This document shows positions 21,701 through 34,384 of a DNA stretch of 64,000 nt, piece after piece. The position numbers and the translations under genes were made by a program. The DNA comes from Anthoceros angustus (Eukaryota > Plantae > Anthocerotophyta): assembly GCA_010909165.1 (NCBI GenBank), contig MU008169.1, positions 1,240,001-1,304,000 of the forward strand, given 5' to 3'. The notes under the pieces were generated by a model that saw nothing but the letters and a program-made list of their open reading frames with translations, was not told the origin of the DNA and did no database searches. Position 1 is the stretch's first letter. Each line of letters opens with the position of its first letter.

Positions 21701-24700
21701 CATACGATACACTGTCCTCTTTGGCTCTGCTATGTTGTGGTTTCTTAGCAGGTGTGCTTTGTACGTCATGATTACTCATGAGGTTGGGTTTTCTTCCATT
21801 GCTGCAGGATGTAATACTACCACGAGTACTGAATGATCAGACATTTTTAACTCTAAACTCAATGATTCTCTTCAACCATACTGCGGTACGCTTTGTTGGT
21901 TGTTGTAACTGGCTGCTCCCGCTTTTTGTAATTATTTATTGCTTTTGATACTGAAAACTGGTGATTGTTGGGTGTAGGTTGTATCATCTCTTCAGTCTAA
22001 TAACGTTTTTCTAGAGGAGTTATTTGAGAAGCTAGGATCACATGAAACATCAGAACAAGTCAAGAAAGACCTGGTGTGTGGTTTGCTTCTGCCATAATTC
22101 CAAGCAGCCATTCCTTTTGTTCAGCCATCTTGTTAACGCTTTTCCTGTAGTACATTTGGCTCAAGTGCTCAATGGTTTGAAAGACTGAGCTTTTTCCAGT
22201 TAACTGTGATGTGTTTCAGATGCTATTCCTCCAGGAGTTTGTAAATCTAAGTAAACATGTGCAGGCTGCTAATCGAAGTAGGCTGTTCAGGTGTGAGCTG
22301 TTTTGAGCTGATTCTTATGTTCACTAGTCCAGCATGAGGTGTGAGATGTGGTTTGGGGGTGCTTCGTAAGTGATTAATCTATCTGCATTGACTGGACAAG
22401 CTGTACTTTTGCTTAACGGCTGTCATTGTTTTTCAGTACCTTAGTCCAGAAGGGGTTATTTGACACAGTTACCAATGCTCTTCAGAGCTCTGATCAAGCT
22501 GTCCGTCTAATCGGGTATGTCTATGGCTCAGACCATATGAATTTTTGGCAATAAATGTGTGCTGGAAACTGTGGTCCAGATAGTCCTTGCGGATGTTTAT
22601 AGTTTTTCCACCTTGTGCAGAAGTGACATCTTAATTGTCGTTTTGAGTCACGAGCCAATACTGCTCAGAGTTTTCCTGGTGGAGCAACCTGACCATCAAC
22701 TCTTCAGCCTTTTGGTACTGTCTTTGCATCTTCTTTTCTACGCTTTCATGAGGAACAGCCCGTGGTGTCCATCAGTGGGTCTGTCCGCTTGAAGATCAAA
22801 AGGAGGGATTATTTTCTGGTCCTGACAAACTTTTTCCAGAAACTTCCTGAGAATGGATGATTGCTGTGCGCTGCAGGTGAAGGGTATGTTAACCCATGGG
22901 GAAGGTGGCCTTCAAGCCCAACTTCTTGAAGTGATGCGCATGCTGTTGGACTCTGAGACTAAGGAATCAGTATGGGCTCCCTGTCTTATACAGCATCATT
23001 GGTTTTTTCTTCGCTTTCTCAATATTTGATGGATGTTATGAATGTGTGAATTCCGGCAGACGCTTCTTAGTATCTTGCAATCCTGTGGGTTGCATGGACC
23101 AATTCACTGAAAGGTCTTCTTTTGGTGAAATTGCAGCAGCAGGCAGAAAGAGACACCTTCCTCGATGTGAGAAACGTGTTTTATGAAAAATACATGGACC
23201 AGCTTCTTGAGGCTCTGACAGCAGGATGTTTGCATAAAGGAAACAGAGAGAAGGCCAAGCAACTTTCAACCTTTGCTGTGGCTGGAAAACTGGGTCCTGT
23301 CACGCCAGAGACCTTGGCTAACATTTGTGAGCTTCTGTGCTTCTGTGTACAGCACCATGGCTTCAAGATAAAGTAATGACTCGAGTCATCAGCCTTTTGA
23401 TTGTTCCAATGTGATTTGGTTCTTCAGGGCTATGCTGTCGTGTGCACAACTCACCTTTTATCTTTTGCTATGGCTGTGCTTTTGCAGGTACTATGTAATG
23501 CGTAATAATGTTGTTGAAAAAATTCTGCGGCTCACCCGTTGTAAGGAGAAGTATCTTGTTGTGGCTGCAGTGCGGTTTATCCGGACCTGTGTGGGGCTGA
23601 AGGTCTTACTTCTTCTGTCAAGACTTGTCTTGTAATGTTCTGGAAATTCCTAAGATGTTTGGGTTTACATATCTTTTTCTTTGATGCAGGAGGATTTCTA
23701 TTCCCGCTACCTTGTAAAGAACAATTTGTTTGAGCCTGTAATTCAGGCTTTTTTGGCAAATGGGAGGCGCTATAACCTGTTAAACTCAGCTGTGTTAGAG
23801 CTTATAGACTTCATCCGGAAGGTACCGTTTGAAGCTTTGGTCTTTTTGGTTTGGTCTGATAACCTGGTTTCCTCATGCCTCCGAACCCTTGCAGGAGAAC
23901 ATCAATAATTTGATAGTACATTTTGTTGAAACTTTTGGTGACAAGCTTGAGAAAATTGAGTATGTTCATACATATAAAGCTCTCAAATTGAAGTATGAGC
24001 AGGTAATCTGGGTTCATGTACTTTTGATGTTCATGTTATGGAAGCAGCTTCCCAGGTAGATCTAGTAAATTGCACTCACTCACTTGTGGATGGACTGGCA
24101 GTTGATGGAGGGCTCGCGACCTGGTTCAAGAGATGCACAGGCAGCCAGAGACGGCACAGATTCTGCACAGCCTCGAACTCGCAACGATGACGATTCTGTG
24201 GTAGATGCAAGACATCGGAAAGATGAGAGAGCACTTGACAAGGATGAGGAGGACTATTTCAATGAAGATAGGTAATACAATCAAGATGAACCAGTTAGAT
24301 TTTTACAAAATCTATGGCAATCAAGTTTGTTTACCATACTTGGTTCATCTGGTGCAGCGATGATGAGGAAGAAGCTGTGTCTGCAAAAGGAGCTACTCCT
24401 TCATTCCCTTCCCCAGCATTGGCTCCAGCAGTGGTTGTAAATGGCAACGCCCTAGCCGCTGTAATCTTAAGGTAATCTGGTCTCTTGATTTTTGTGTAGC
24501 TGTTCTTGGCAAGCTGAGGTTGTGTGGAGCATGGTCTTAAGTGCAGCCTTCTGAAAATCCAGGGGAAATTCCTTCGGACTCGTGGATTATGAAGATGAGG
24601 AAGAGGATACTCCTGTGCTGCCAAACAACAATCACATGAAGGGCCATCCTTCTAAGCGGACAGAGAACAAAGTTTCCATGGCAACTACCATTGAGAATGC

Positions 24701-25244
24701 ACCCTGGCCCCGAGAAGGTGGGCAAAGTCCTAAGCGCAGTCGTGATGGTGATGGTGACGATGCTTGGATGAAAAGGCAGAAGCCCGAGGAAGCTCAAGAT
24801 CAAGCTGGGAAAGCTGAAGCGGAAGATCAAGCGGAGAAGTCTGAAGCTGCTCTCAGGAATGATGACAGCGTGTCGCAAGCTTTTGATGAGCGGGACACTG
24901 ACAACGCCTGCAGGAAGAGCCCTGGTACCAATGATGCCTTGCTCTCGGATGTCAATGACGGATCCAATTGTCAGCCAGCTGGAGTATCAGCGTCAGTGAA
25001 TAGTGACAGGTGCGGGGAAGAGGGGAGTGGAGAATTTGCAGAGGACCCCACAGCGTTGGATAGAAGTTGCAAGTCCAACGGAGGTGAGAGTAGCCCTTTT
25101 CACGGGAAGTCCAGCTTGGGCGACGTGAGGTTAGACGACGGAATGCATGTTGTCGCACACGGTGCTGGAGTGCCCAACGAGGGTGACTTTATTGGGGGTG
25201 AAACAGATATCTTAAGGGAAGGAGCTCAGGCATCTCCTGGTTAG
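18723..25244 (+). CDS. PP4R3: Protein phosphatase 4 regulatory subunit 3 (SMEK/PSY2-like), >20 exons; start exon 18723-18740 tentative
   Basis: Exons give [21 protein letters not shown] (19037-19117), [46 protein letters not shown] (EVH1-like), [57 protein letters not shown]; stop at 25242-25244. Confidence 0.93.
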
Positions 25245-25634
25245 CATGTTATTGAGATCTCTCTGGGTATGATTCGGTTTCTTTCATATTGTCTTGATAC
25301 ACCTCATGTCACCTGCACTAGCATTGTCGAAGCGTGGAGCCCAACCCAGCACGATTTTGACTAACTTCAGTTAGGAACAGAAATTGTACTCCCTAAGACC
25401 AGAATTATAAGTTCGAGGACGCGAGTCACTCCCGTAATGCATTCCGGGTCCGACTTGTCGTTAGTATGTTTCTGATGGCATGGCATTGCAGCCTTTTGCA
25501 GGTGACAAGAAAAACGTGCAAAAGAATCTGGATGAGGTTCACGAGGAATCCATATGTTCATGTTACAAATGAAGTTAAACTACCAACCAACTACCTAGCG
25601 CCCAAAATTAGACCAACCACCTAGCACCCAAAGG

Positions 25635-27582
25635 TTAGGAAGCAAGCTGTCGCTTTGCTATGGATAACCGGCGACGTCTCTCCTTTTTCCGCATTAAACA
25701 CTCTCCACACCAGGTCGACAGGTCGAGTTGATACTTCTTTAGTTCCCTGAATTCCGAGCTGCAAGTGGAAAATGAATCAAAAAATGTGACTTCTATGGAG
25801 AAGTACACTTGAGTGTAAGTAAGAGGAGACCTCCCCTGAATAGCAATTACTGACAGACACAAACCTCCGACACCAGATAATCAAGTTTGAGCGATGTCCG
25901 GATGTGATGGCTTTCGCACCATGACGGTGCCGTCCAGCATGAAGAATGGCACGGCCTGGTACATGAGAATACTCCAACACCTCCTGTCATAAACTACCTT
26001 GCATCAGTGATCGCCCCATTCTTCCAGCATGATGTGCATTGCAACAAACAAGTAGCACCAAATTTTCCAACCACCATCAAGCTGATTTGAAGCGTAAGTG
26101 CGGCTGGCAAACCTGTGGTCGAGCTTCCCCATTTACATGCTTCTCACAGCGAACACCCCTGAAAAAAAGCTCGCCCCCTTCAAACTCCTTGCCCAGACAC
26201 ACATTCAAGGTGACCTCTGAGTCGTCGACATGGAAACCTGGTACAGCAGACCGAATTCAAGGCGTGACCATACCACAAACACATTCAGCATCTATACTAC
26301 AACTACATGGCACAATGTTATGCAAACACAAGGCACACGCAGGTACAGCTGATTGGATGGCTTCCAAGGGCAATATTCAGTTTGCGGCAAGGTACTACCA
26401 GAGATCGAAGACTTACCGAGCTCCAGATCTCTATCCATACTATATTCTACTACAAAACCATGATGAGCATCAAGCGATGACCCGCCCACATCTGGAAAGA
26501 GCTCTGCATTGAACAGATCAGACTCCCCTTAGTCAGCAAGAAAGTGCACAATCTTATGTGTAAGGCCGAAAGGATTCACAAGGTGTTCCGGGTTACCTTG
26601 AGCGATGGGTCTGATGAAATCAAGCATGAGCTGGTCCAACATGCTTTCCATACCAATGTCATCTAGAACAGCACCATAGTTATTCATTGTATTTGGTCTC
26701 ATGACTTTAACCTTAGCCTCTGTAGCCCAGTTTTCAAAGTGTTCAACCTGCAAGACTGGCAGCAATGAGGAACCAACCATGATGACACACGGCCAGTCGC
26801 ATAGCACCAAGAAGCAGGGACCACGTGCTTACTTCGTCTAGCATCATGGAGCAGAAAGTAGGCTCAAGCATGTCAAAGGTGAAAATTCCTGGTGAATGCT
26901 CGGTTAGTATACTTTGTATGGACTCCCGAGTACCCTCCTTAACAGCATCCAGAAAGGATCGGACAAAGAAGCGGTCTGGATCCAGAGAGTAGAGCTCTTC
27001 GTGCAAAGGCTGCAGCACCAGACTGATTGCTCAGACAGTAAATCGAAAACCTGAGTACGGCATACACTTATGAAGCTGGTTGCAGGATGGAAACTTACTG
27101 AGCTGCTAGATGCACACTTACCTGGTAGCAGTGACTGATTCTCTCACGATACTCTCGATGTCTCTGCACGTTCATAACATACATAATGAGTGACTTCACA
27201 TCCTCTGTGGACGCTCAGCAGCCGCAGCATCCTGGATAACAGTCAGAGAGCATCAAGCAGGCACCCAATTTTAAGCATCTCTGCGATCCACCTGTCGGAC
27301 TACTTCCAATTTCCCTGCATTAAGAACAAAAGTCCCCTACCGAGCAACTCCCCTGCTTACCCGAGCCCGATCGGCATTAGGACGATATTTTGCCAGAATC
27401 TTCTCCATGAAGAGAATTTTCCTATTTCTTGGCGCATTCAGCATGTTGGGAGGGAGATAAAGCTCCATAGCGCTGTACAGAGCGCCGGGGTATTCCAAAT
27501 CTTCCAAGTCGGCATAGCTGTCGGGTTTGTGGTTCACCTGCGGGTTTTTCTGCAACCTTGGAAACGGTGTACTGCTTTCCAT
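25635..27582 (-). CDS. ICU11: 2-oxoglutarate/Fe(II)-dependent dioxygenase, ICU11/CP2 (At1g22950-like) family; exons 27582-27361, ~27163-27122, 27009-26833, 26747-26597, 26503-26417, 26237-26113, 25983-25865, 25758-25635
   Basis: Motifs MELYLPP, PLHEELY, MRPNTMNNYGAVLDDIG, LDAHHGFVVEY, LGFHVDDSEVTLNVCLG (HxD), HAGRHRHGA, RSNLIIWCRS are diagnostic for this family. Confidence 0.9.
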
Positions 27583-29508
27583 GTCTGCCGCTGCTACCAG
27601 ACACTCATCACAAAAGAATGGCAGGCAGACTGTCTAAAGATTGACGTAGAGGCTCAACTCACAAGCACCGAGAAGAAAAAGAGGGTTCGGACTGTCTAGC
27701 ACAACCAAAAGATAGCCACCAACATACTCCAGCGGAGAGCAGAGAATCACACAGCTTCAACCCGTAGGAGTAAGAAGCTCGAGGAGAGTAGAAGGCTTCG
27801 GGTGGAGGCGGACTAACGCAATCGGGCGACCCTGCGAAGACACACCAAAAAGCTACTGCACTTTCTGGACCGAAACGAGGGAATACGAGTTGATGACGAC
27901 GACACCCGACTTCAGGATGTTATTCCTCTTCACCCATGCATGAAATCGAATAGAAACAAAAGCATCTTCTTCCGCTGTAGACTTTTCTTTTTTCTTTTAG
28001 GATGATATGGGTACTCTTAGTTTAAAAGGAATTTATAATTCATTATAGGCGAGAAGTTCCATATACCTATCATTTCATCACCTAGCCAGTTTACTTCTCA
28101 CCACACAATATTGTATGCAACTTTATTGAGAGAAGAGAGATAGGGTGAGTCCATGTATCATAAGATATCATAGAGAGATATCAAAGATCATAATAAAACA
28201 AAATTACTAAATTCCATGTCCAAAATCATCTATACCCTACTCTACTATGATGTCACGTCGTGGAAAAAAACCAGCGGGCCAGAACCCACACGTCTACAAC
28301 ATGTTATTCAGCAAAATACTCCCATGATCGGTAAACAACATACTACAACCAGTTTGCAAACAATTCTCACATAAAACGGAGCTCAATGTTGCTATCTCAA
28401 GAGGGCCTGAAGAAAGAAGGGAAAAGCAAGTCTACGTCAAAGAAGGTCGAAACACAGCGAAATCACAACGTAATTCTTTGTAATGCATTCCTCAGCTGGA
28501 CCTCGATTGGGTTTGGCAATTCATCGTCACAACAAGCAGCACCAGTAGTCACCTTCAGGCGTTCCCTCCAGACACAACAGGAAATTCAAATTCTCTCAAA
28601 AGTTGGTAGAATACGTTGCGGCTACCATAGCCGGCTGCTTGTGTAAAGAAGACTCTAACAACCGTTATTACCTTGTTCTCCTGCACTTTTAATCTTCAGC
28701 TGCAAGGTCCCGTGCATGCAGAACCACATCATGACTTCTCGCCTTGCTCTCGCTCCCACGTCCATGACTGAGTGCAGCAATCGCAGACCTGTCATGTTTC
28801 CTAACCCTAATTATGAATAAGCTACATTCGTTGATCCATAACAATCTGTTGACTACCTAAACAGTCATGCCTATAACAGTAGGCTATGTATATGCTCACC
28901 TGCGACAGCCAACAATTACCGACGTGCAGGAGCTATGGCATGACAGTCATACCCTTACACACTTCTATTTTCGAAGCTCAATTTGGAGATTGAATGGCTT
29001 ACATACCACTGAGGACCTTTGTCATGAGTCGTCGCAGAACTAGGTTACTTATCATTAATCTATTGCTTTCTTATTTCTTAATTAGGTATTTGTGCAATTG
29101 GCGTCTTGGCATTGTACCTGCGCGCATGTGGACGATATGAAAATAGGTCATAGCCACAAGCGTGTGGGCGGCAAGTAGCATGACGAGGAAAACGATTGTA
29201 ACGGAAGACAAGGACAACGCGATGCCGAGCCCGCCTTGAAGAGGTTGAGCTTTATCTTGTACAACAAGCTGTTGCTGGTTTGGGTCTGAAGGCAATAGAC
29301 GCGGTGTGTTGTGTATGTAGTATGTTGTGTGATGAATTGCTGACCCTTTCCAAGCCGGCTCATGACGGCAGCTGACTATGGTGTGAATATTGCAGTGCAA
29401 GCAATTACTTACACTACAATATGCAGGAATATGCTAAAGCATATTACTTGTGCTTATCCACTTAGCAATCGCTAACCATGTTTAATTAACACTAATCATC
29501 GATTAGTT

Positions 29509-29722
29509 AGGATCGGTACTTAGATGGGGATCGGTATCTAGATAGGGTGCTCCTCATCTCCTGGCTATAAACACCAGGCCCTCATCTTCGAATGGATCAG
29601 TACTTGGATGGGGTGCTGCCCATCCTTGAGCTATAAACATCATGCCTGGGTATTGCCCACCTCCCAACTATAAACATCATGTCTGAGGTGCTGCCTATCT
29701 CTTAGCTATAAACATCATGGCC
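29509..29722. repeat. Degenerate ~38-bp tandem repeat with CTATAAACA core (4 copies) plus a short duplication
   Basis: GGTGCT..C.ATC....GCTATAAACA.CA recurs with cores at ~29565, 29631, 29668 and 29706; GATCGGTA..TAGAT.GG twice at 29510-29547. Confidence 0.7.
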
Positions 29723-31101
29723 TCGTCTCTGCAGCGTACGCAGCCGCCATTTGTAAGTGCCCTTCGAGGTTACTCCAATTCTAAATTCTTGACCCCTATT
29801 TTGTTTGATGATGTGTCTCAGTCTTTGTGTGGCTCATCATCCAAAAAGACAAATAAAGTTACCTATGTAGTTTGTATGTTTTTGGCTTGAAGTGGCAAAA
29901 GATATAAGACATATGAAGCTAAGCTCCATGTCAAAGTCACCTATAGTGACTATGATGTCATGATGAGGGGGATTGAATGGGCAAGAAGATTGAAGTGTGC
30001 AAGAGAATAGATAGGTAACATCTTGATAGAGTATATATAAAATAAATATTTATATTTCTACATAAATAAAACTAATTGATTATACATATTAAATTAAAAT
30101 TGATGTCTATAAACCCATGTCTTTTTAAGAAAAGAATCCAACTCCATGCTCGGTCACTAATTTTCAAGGCCATCTTAGCAATGATACCATGTCCCCGAAC
30201 ACGAGAATCTTTGCATGGTTTGGGACTTCTCCCTCAGAGCTCGCAGGTGCCCATGTTCCCAAGTATGAGCATCTTTGCATTGTTTGAGAAAAATATTTAA
30301 ATATCAATTGTGAATGCCATCTACCTAGATATTTACTTTGCATGGAATAGGGGTCGTACTCGATGTTGCTCAGAATTTCAAACTAGATCCATTTGCGCTT
30401 TGTTTGGTATTCCTTTCTAAATATTTTATGAGTATTTGTTATTTTGTGAAGTATATCTTTGGTAATTAAGGTTTGGTGTCATACTTGATGTTGTTTTGCA
30501 TTTCGAAATGTGATCAATTTGTACTTTGTTTGGTGTGCCTTCCAAATTAGGGGAAGATTGAGAATACAAAATCTACACACGATTCTAGAAAAGAATAATT
30601 CGCTTATTAAAAAATATTATAGAAAATTCCTGTGATTAAATATTCATTATTTCCTGAAGGAAGGTACAAAAATATGGTTTAATCACATCTTATAGGCATA
30701 TCTTATGTATATCATTAGAAAAATTATCTTATTTCTAACACATAGAACTTAATATTTATTTACAAATATACTTCAAATAATTTTTGAAAGAAGAGTCAGA
30801 TGTAATATTCTTACTTTAACTCACATAATAAATGTTGATGTCTTCTTAATTCTGAAAAAAATAAAAGAAGTGTTTTTTTTGTAGTTTAATAAACTATTGC
30901 AAAAGTATATTTAGATTCACTACTTGAAAGATGAACAAAATATATTGAGGAAAATATTTTTGGAACATTATGCATTAATAGAGAAACAACACTACGAAAT
31001 ATATCATTGATAATAGCAGCAAAGGTTACATATTCAGTACTATCCTCCATAGGAGTAAATATGTGTGCCTATTCTAAGCCTATTAAAACTCTGCCAATAT
31101 C

Positions 31102-31168
31102 ATACTCACATTGTAGCAATATGTAAAACTTATTCTACTCACATTGTAGCAATATGTAAAACTTATTC
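31102..31168. repeat. Perfect ~34-bp tandem duplication
   Basis: TACTCACATTGTAGCAATATGTAAAACTTATTC occurs twice head-to-tail. Confidence 0.9.
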
Positions 31169-33154
31169 GTTGTACAACGTAAGTTTTGAAATTTAGTTGA
31201 TGTACGCACTCCCCCCTCCCCCCCCCTTCGGCCACTATGGTTAGAGAGTTGGAAAAATTAGGGGTGTGTAATTTTTTGGAAATATTATATGGATTATGTA
31301 GAGATGTGCGAAAGTTGCTTAAGGGATATTTCATACCTCCACTTTTCGATTGGAACATCTTGAAACAATGGTCCGATCTTCGTTTTGTTAATCCTCATGT
31401 CTATATTCTAGAGTTTGAGAGACTTTGTGTAAAAAACACATAATCCAACAAGTACAATCTTGATCAAAGGATTTGGGTCTAAAAAATGTCTGGCATGCAA
31501 TCCAACTACTATTGGATTTCCTATCCTTCATACAAGGTTTTGAAACTGCATAGAGAGATTAGTAGGCTCACATGACGAAACTAAGATTACTTTTTCCCTC
31601 TCCCTTTTAAACAATAAAGACTCACACCTAATCAAGAAATAGATAAAACAAATTGAAAGAAGATTCTATTAAGATAATATACCTACATGGAATCTGCTTG
31701 TATGCAACATATGTGGTAAGTGAGAGCATATGTGCTAAGTCAGAACGGTATTGCTATTAAATGCAAATCACTACGTTGATAATTTTTGAAGGACTATTGC
31801 AAGACAACATACCACACCACACGAGGGAGGGAAATTTCCCTCCCGCAAAAAAAATTAGGCATCTTTATTGATGATAGGATCTGCCCCGTAAGCGCACCCA
31901 TAAGGGCAAGATCCTTACATCAGATAGCCAGGACCAAGTGTTACCGTGGTCCAAATTGTGCAATCAATAATCACATACAAAAAGATCTTCAAGACAACTC
32001 ACTCCTGTTGTTCTTTGAATTACACGCTGTCACTCTCAGCCGAAAAGATTTTTGTAAAGAGTTAACACCACAAACATTACTCGTAATTAATTCCACTTGG
32101 GTAGAAGAATCTTCTTCAATGTTGAAAGAGAAATCACCTTCATAGATCCACCAATCTTCAGAACATTTTCTGCAATTATACAACTGAGATTACCATAATA
32201 ATTATATAAATTTTTCTAAAAAACATAACCATATATATAACTTATCCTCTAAGATTCGATCAATAAGAACATATTCGAGATACTATTACTTGAGAGAATG
32301 TTTAAAGCAAACTTGATGTTATAACAGTAAAAATATTTAAATAAAATCATTCCATCTTATTAACACCCATCAATTGAGGTTTTCTTAACTTTAATCTATC
32401 TTAGATATACAGTTTAAATAAATGATAAGAAGATCTTAAACTTGAAAATACTCATAAAATTCACCCTTGTGAACCTTGTCCAGTTTGCCGAATAGTGTGA
32501 GGAGTCGTAAACCAGATTAGATCGCTCGTGATATTAGGCACACGAAGTCATCTGCCTTGCTTACGAGAATCCCGCTCAAACATGTACATCCATCCAATTC
32601 GTCCAGGACTACAGCTGGAAAGCAGCTGAATGTCGAATCGAAGCGAAGGGGGAATGGACAGTTACATATAACGGCTGCAGGAGGGAGGGGCGTCTCTCTG
32701 CAGTAATGCGAGCCCGAAGTACCAAGACCCTTTTCACACAGCGCGAACCTGAATAGCTTTCCGCGAACCGGCACCTTCGCGGGATGCACAAGACCAGCGA
32801 CACCAGATTTGCAACCCTGAATTCTCCAGCAGTGCTTCATGGTTAAGCACAAGCACAAGATCCGGCGCCGGCGCCGAGGTCGGCAATCTGGCAAGTTACC
32901 GAAGCTCGGTGGCCTGAAGTTCCTTTGGCAGCCTTCCAAACACCATGTCGACGTCAGAGAAGGCCACTCACACGCGCGCGAGCACAAACACAAACACAAG
33001 CGTAGTCGTCGACGTCACGTGCACCACGCAACACCTCGCCACCGCCACGCCCTGAAGATGCGCAGAGGACTTAAACGCCGTATGTGCATCTTACCCGCCT
33101 CCGCCATGGCGTGCATGCATCATGCATGCATGCGCACGTCTCTCAAAGCCTAGG

Positions 33155-33378
33155 TATCCGTTGCAGTCTCTGCATCACCTACATATCCATCCAATCTTCG
33201 CTGTTTGTTGCTTGGACATGCTCTGAAGCCCTCAGTATCTGTTGCCATTTCCTCAGCACTTAGAAATCCACCCGATCTTCACTGTTCTGTTGCTTGGAAC
33301 TTCTCTGAAACCCTAGCATCTGTTGCCATCTGTTCATCACCAAGAAATCCACCCGATCTTCCCTGTTTGTTGCTTGGT
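33155..33378. repeat. ~80-bp tandem repeat, 3 diverged copies
   Basis: ATC(C/T)GTTGC...ATCCA(T/C)CC(A/G)ATCTTC.CTGTT..TGTTGCTTGG repeated three times. Confidence 0.8.
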
Positions 33379-34384
33379 GCGCAACCTTCCCTTCCCCAGT
33401 ATGCAACAGCCTTGGCCTTCATCCAATTGTGCGTGCTTTAGGTTAGACATCACCGCCCTTCCTTCTTCTAGCATGAAACCCTTGCACATGTGAACCACTC
33501 CATGAACAATCCACAATCAGTGGTGCACTCGCGCTAACAACCGGCCTTGCGAGATCTAATGCGATATCAAAGCTTATTCTTTGCACAGGCCGCCGCCGCC
33601 GACGACGACGACGGCTCCGCTGCCGCCGCTGCGGCCGACGCCGCTGCTGCCGCCCCTGCGGTAAGAAGAAAAAGAGGGGTCACATGCCAAGCATTCCCCG
33701 ACGGCCATTCCACGACGCGTTTGCTGCTATCGGAATGGGGAAATGTGGGTGCTGATGTTTCTCATCGAGTCCCCACGTTAAAACGTATGTAAACTCGAAC
33801 TCAGAACAAGTTAAGCGTTTTAAGAAAAATAAACTCAAACAAGCAAGCTTGATTGACAATCGTAATCTCCTAACAAAACAACCTAGTACGTTCAATGGAC
33901 CCTGCAGCCTGTAGGCAGGCACACACAGCCTGTGACGCAATGAATTGACAAGTGTCCTGTTCCCAAGCCTACACAGTCCTGCTAGCCTCCATGATCGGGG
34001 GCCCACTACAATTACACCAAGTCACTCATCCCTCTGAAGGGCAATGAATTCGGGCCACACCAGACGTCGTCTGTAGAACGTGACATGCCCGTCCCCAGCT
34101 TTCTTTGTGCTTCAGTACTGCTTCCCATAATGATACTGATGAACAGACCGAGATAATGGACAGGTTGATTGATGAGGAGCATTCACACCTTTGTACAGAA
34201 AGATCTGGCAAGTCTGTTGTTGGCCGACACTACAATTACACCAATGCAGTTTTCTACTAAACTCCACAACACTCAATTGATAGCTATCTGCTATTGCCAT
34301 CCACCATTCCTTTGTTTGCTCGAAGATTTCGGCAATGCATGATCTCCAAACCCAGGAAGACAGACAGGTTGGTTCCTACACCTA

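Noticed and set aside
29509-29722. Repeat-spacer look (also 33155-33378 and 63861-63996) suggesting a CRISPR-like array
   Set aside because: Units are degenerate along their whole length with no unique spacers; eukaryotic context, no cas genes.
32839-33153. His/Arg/Lys-rich ORF resembling a protamine-like protein
   Set aside because: Low-complexity translation of simple repeats on a strand complementary to intron/UTR-like sequence; no further support.
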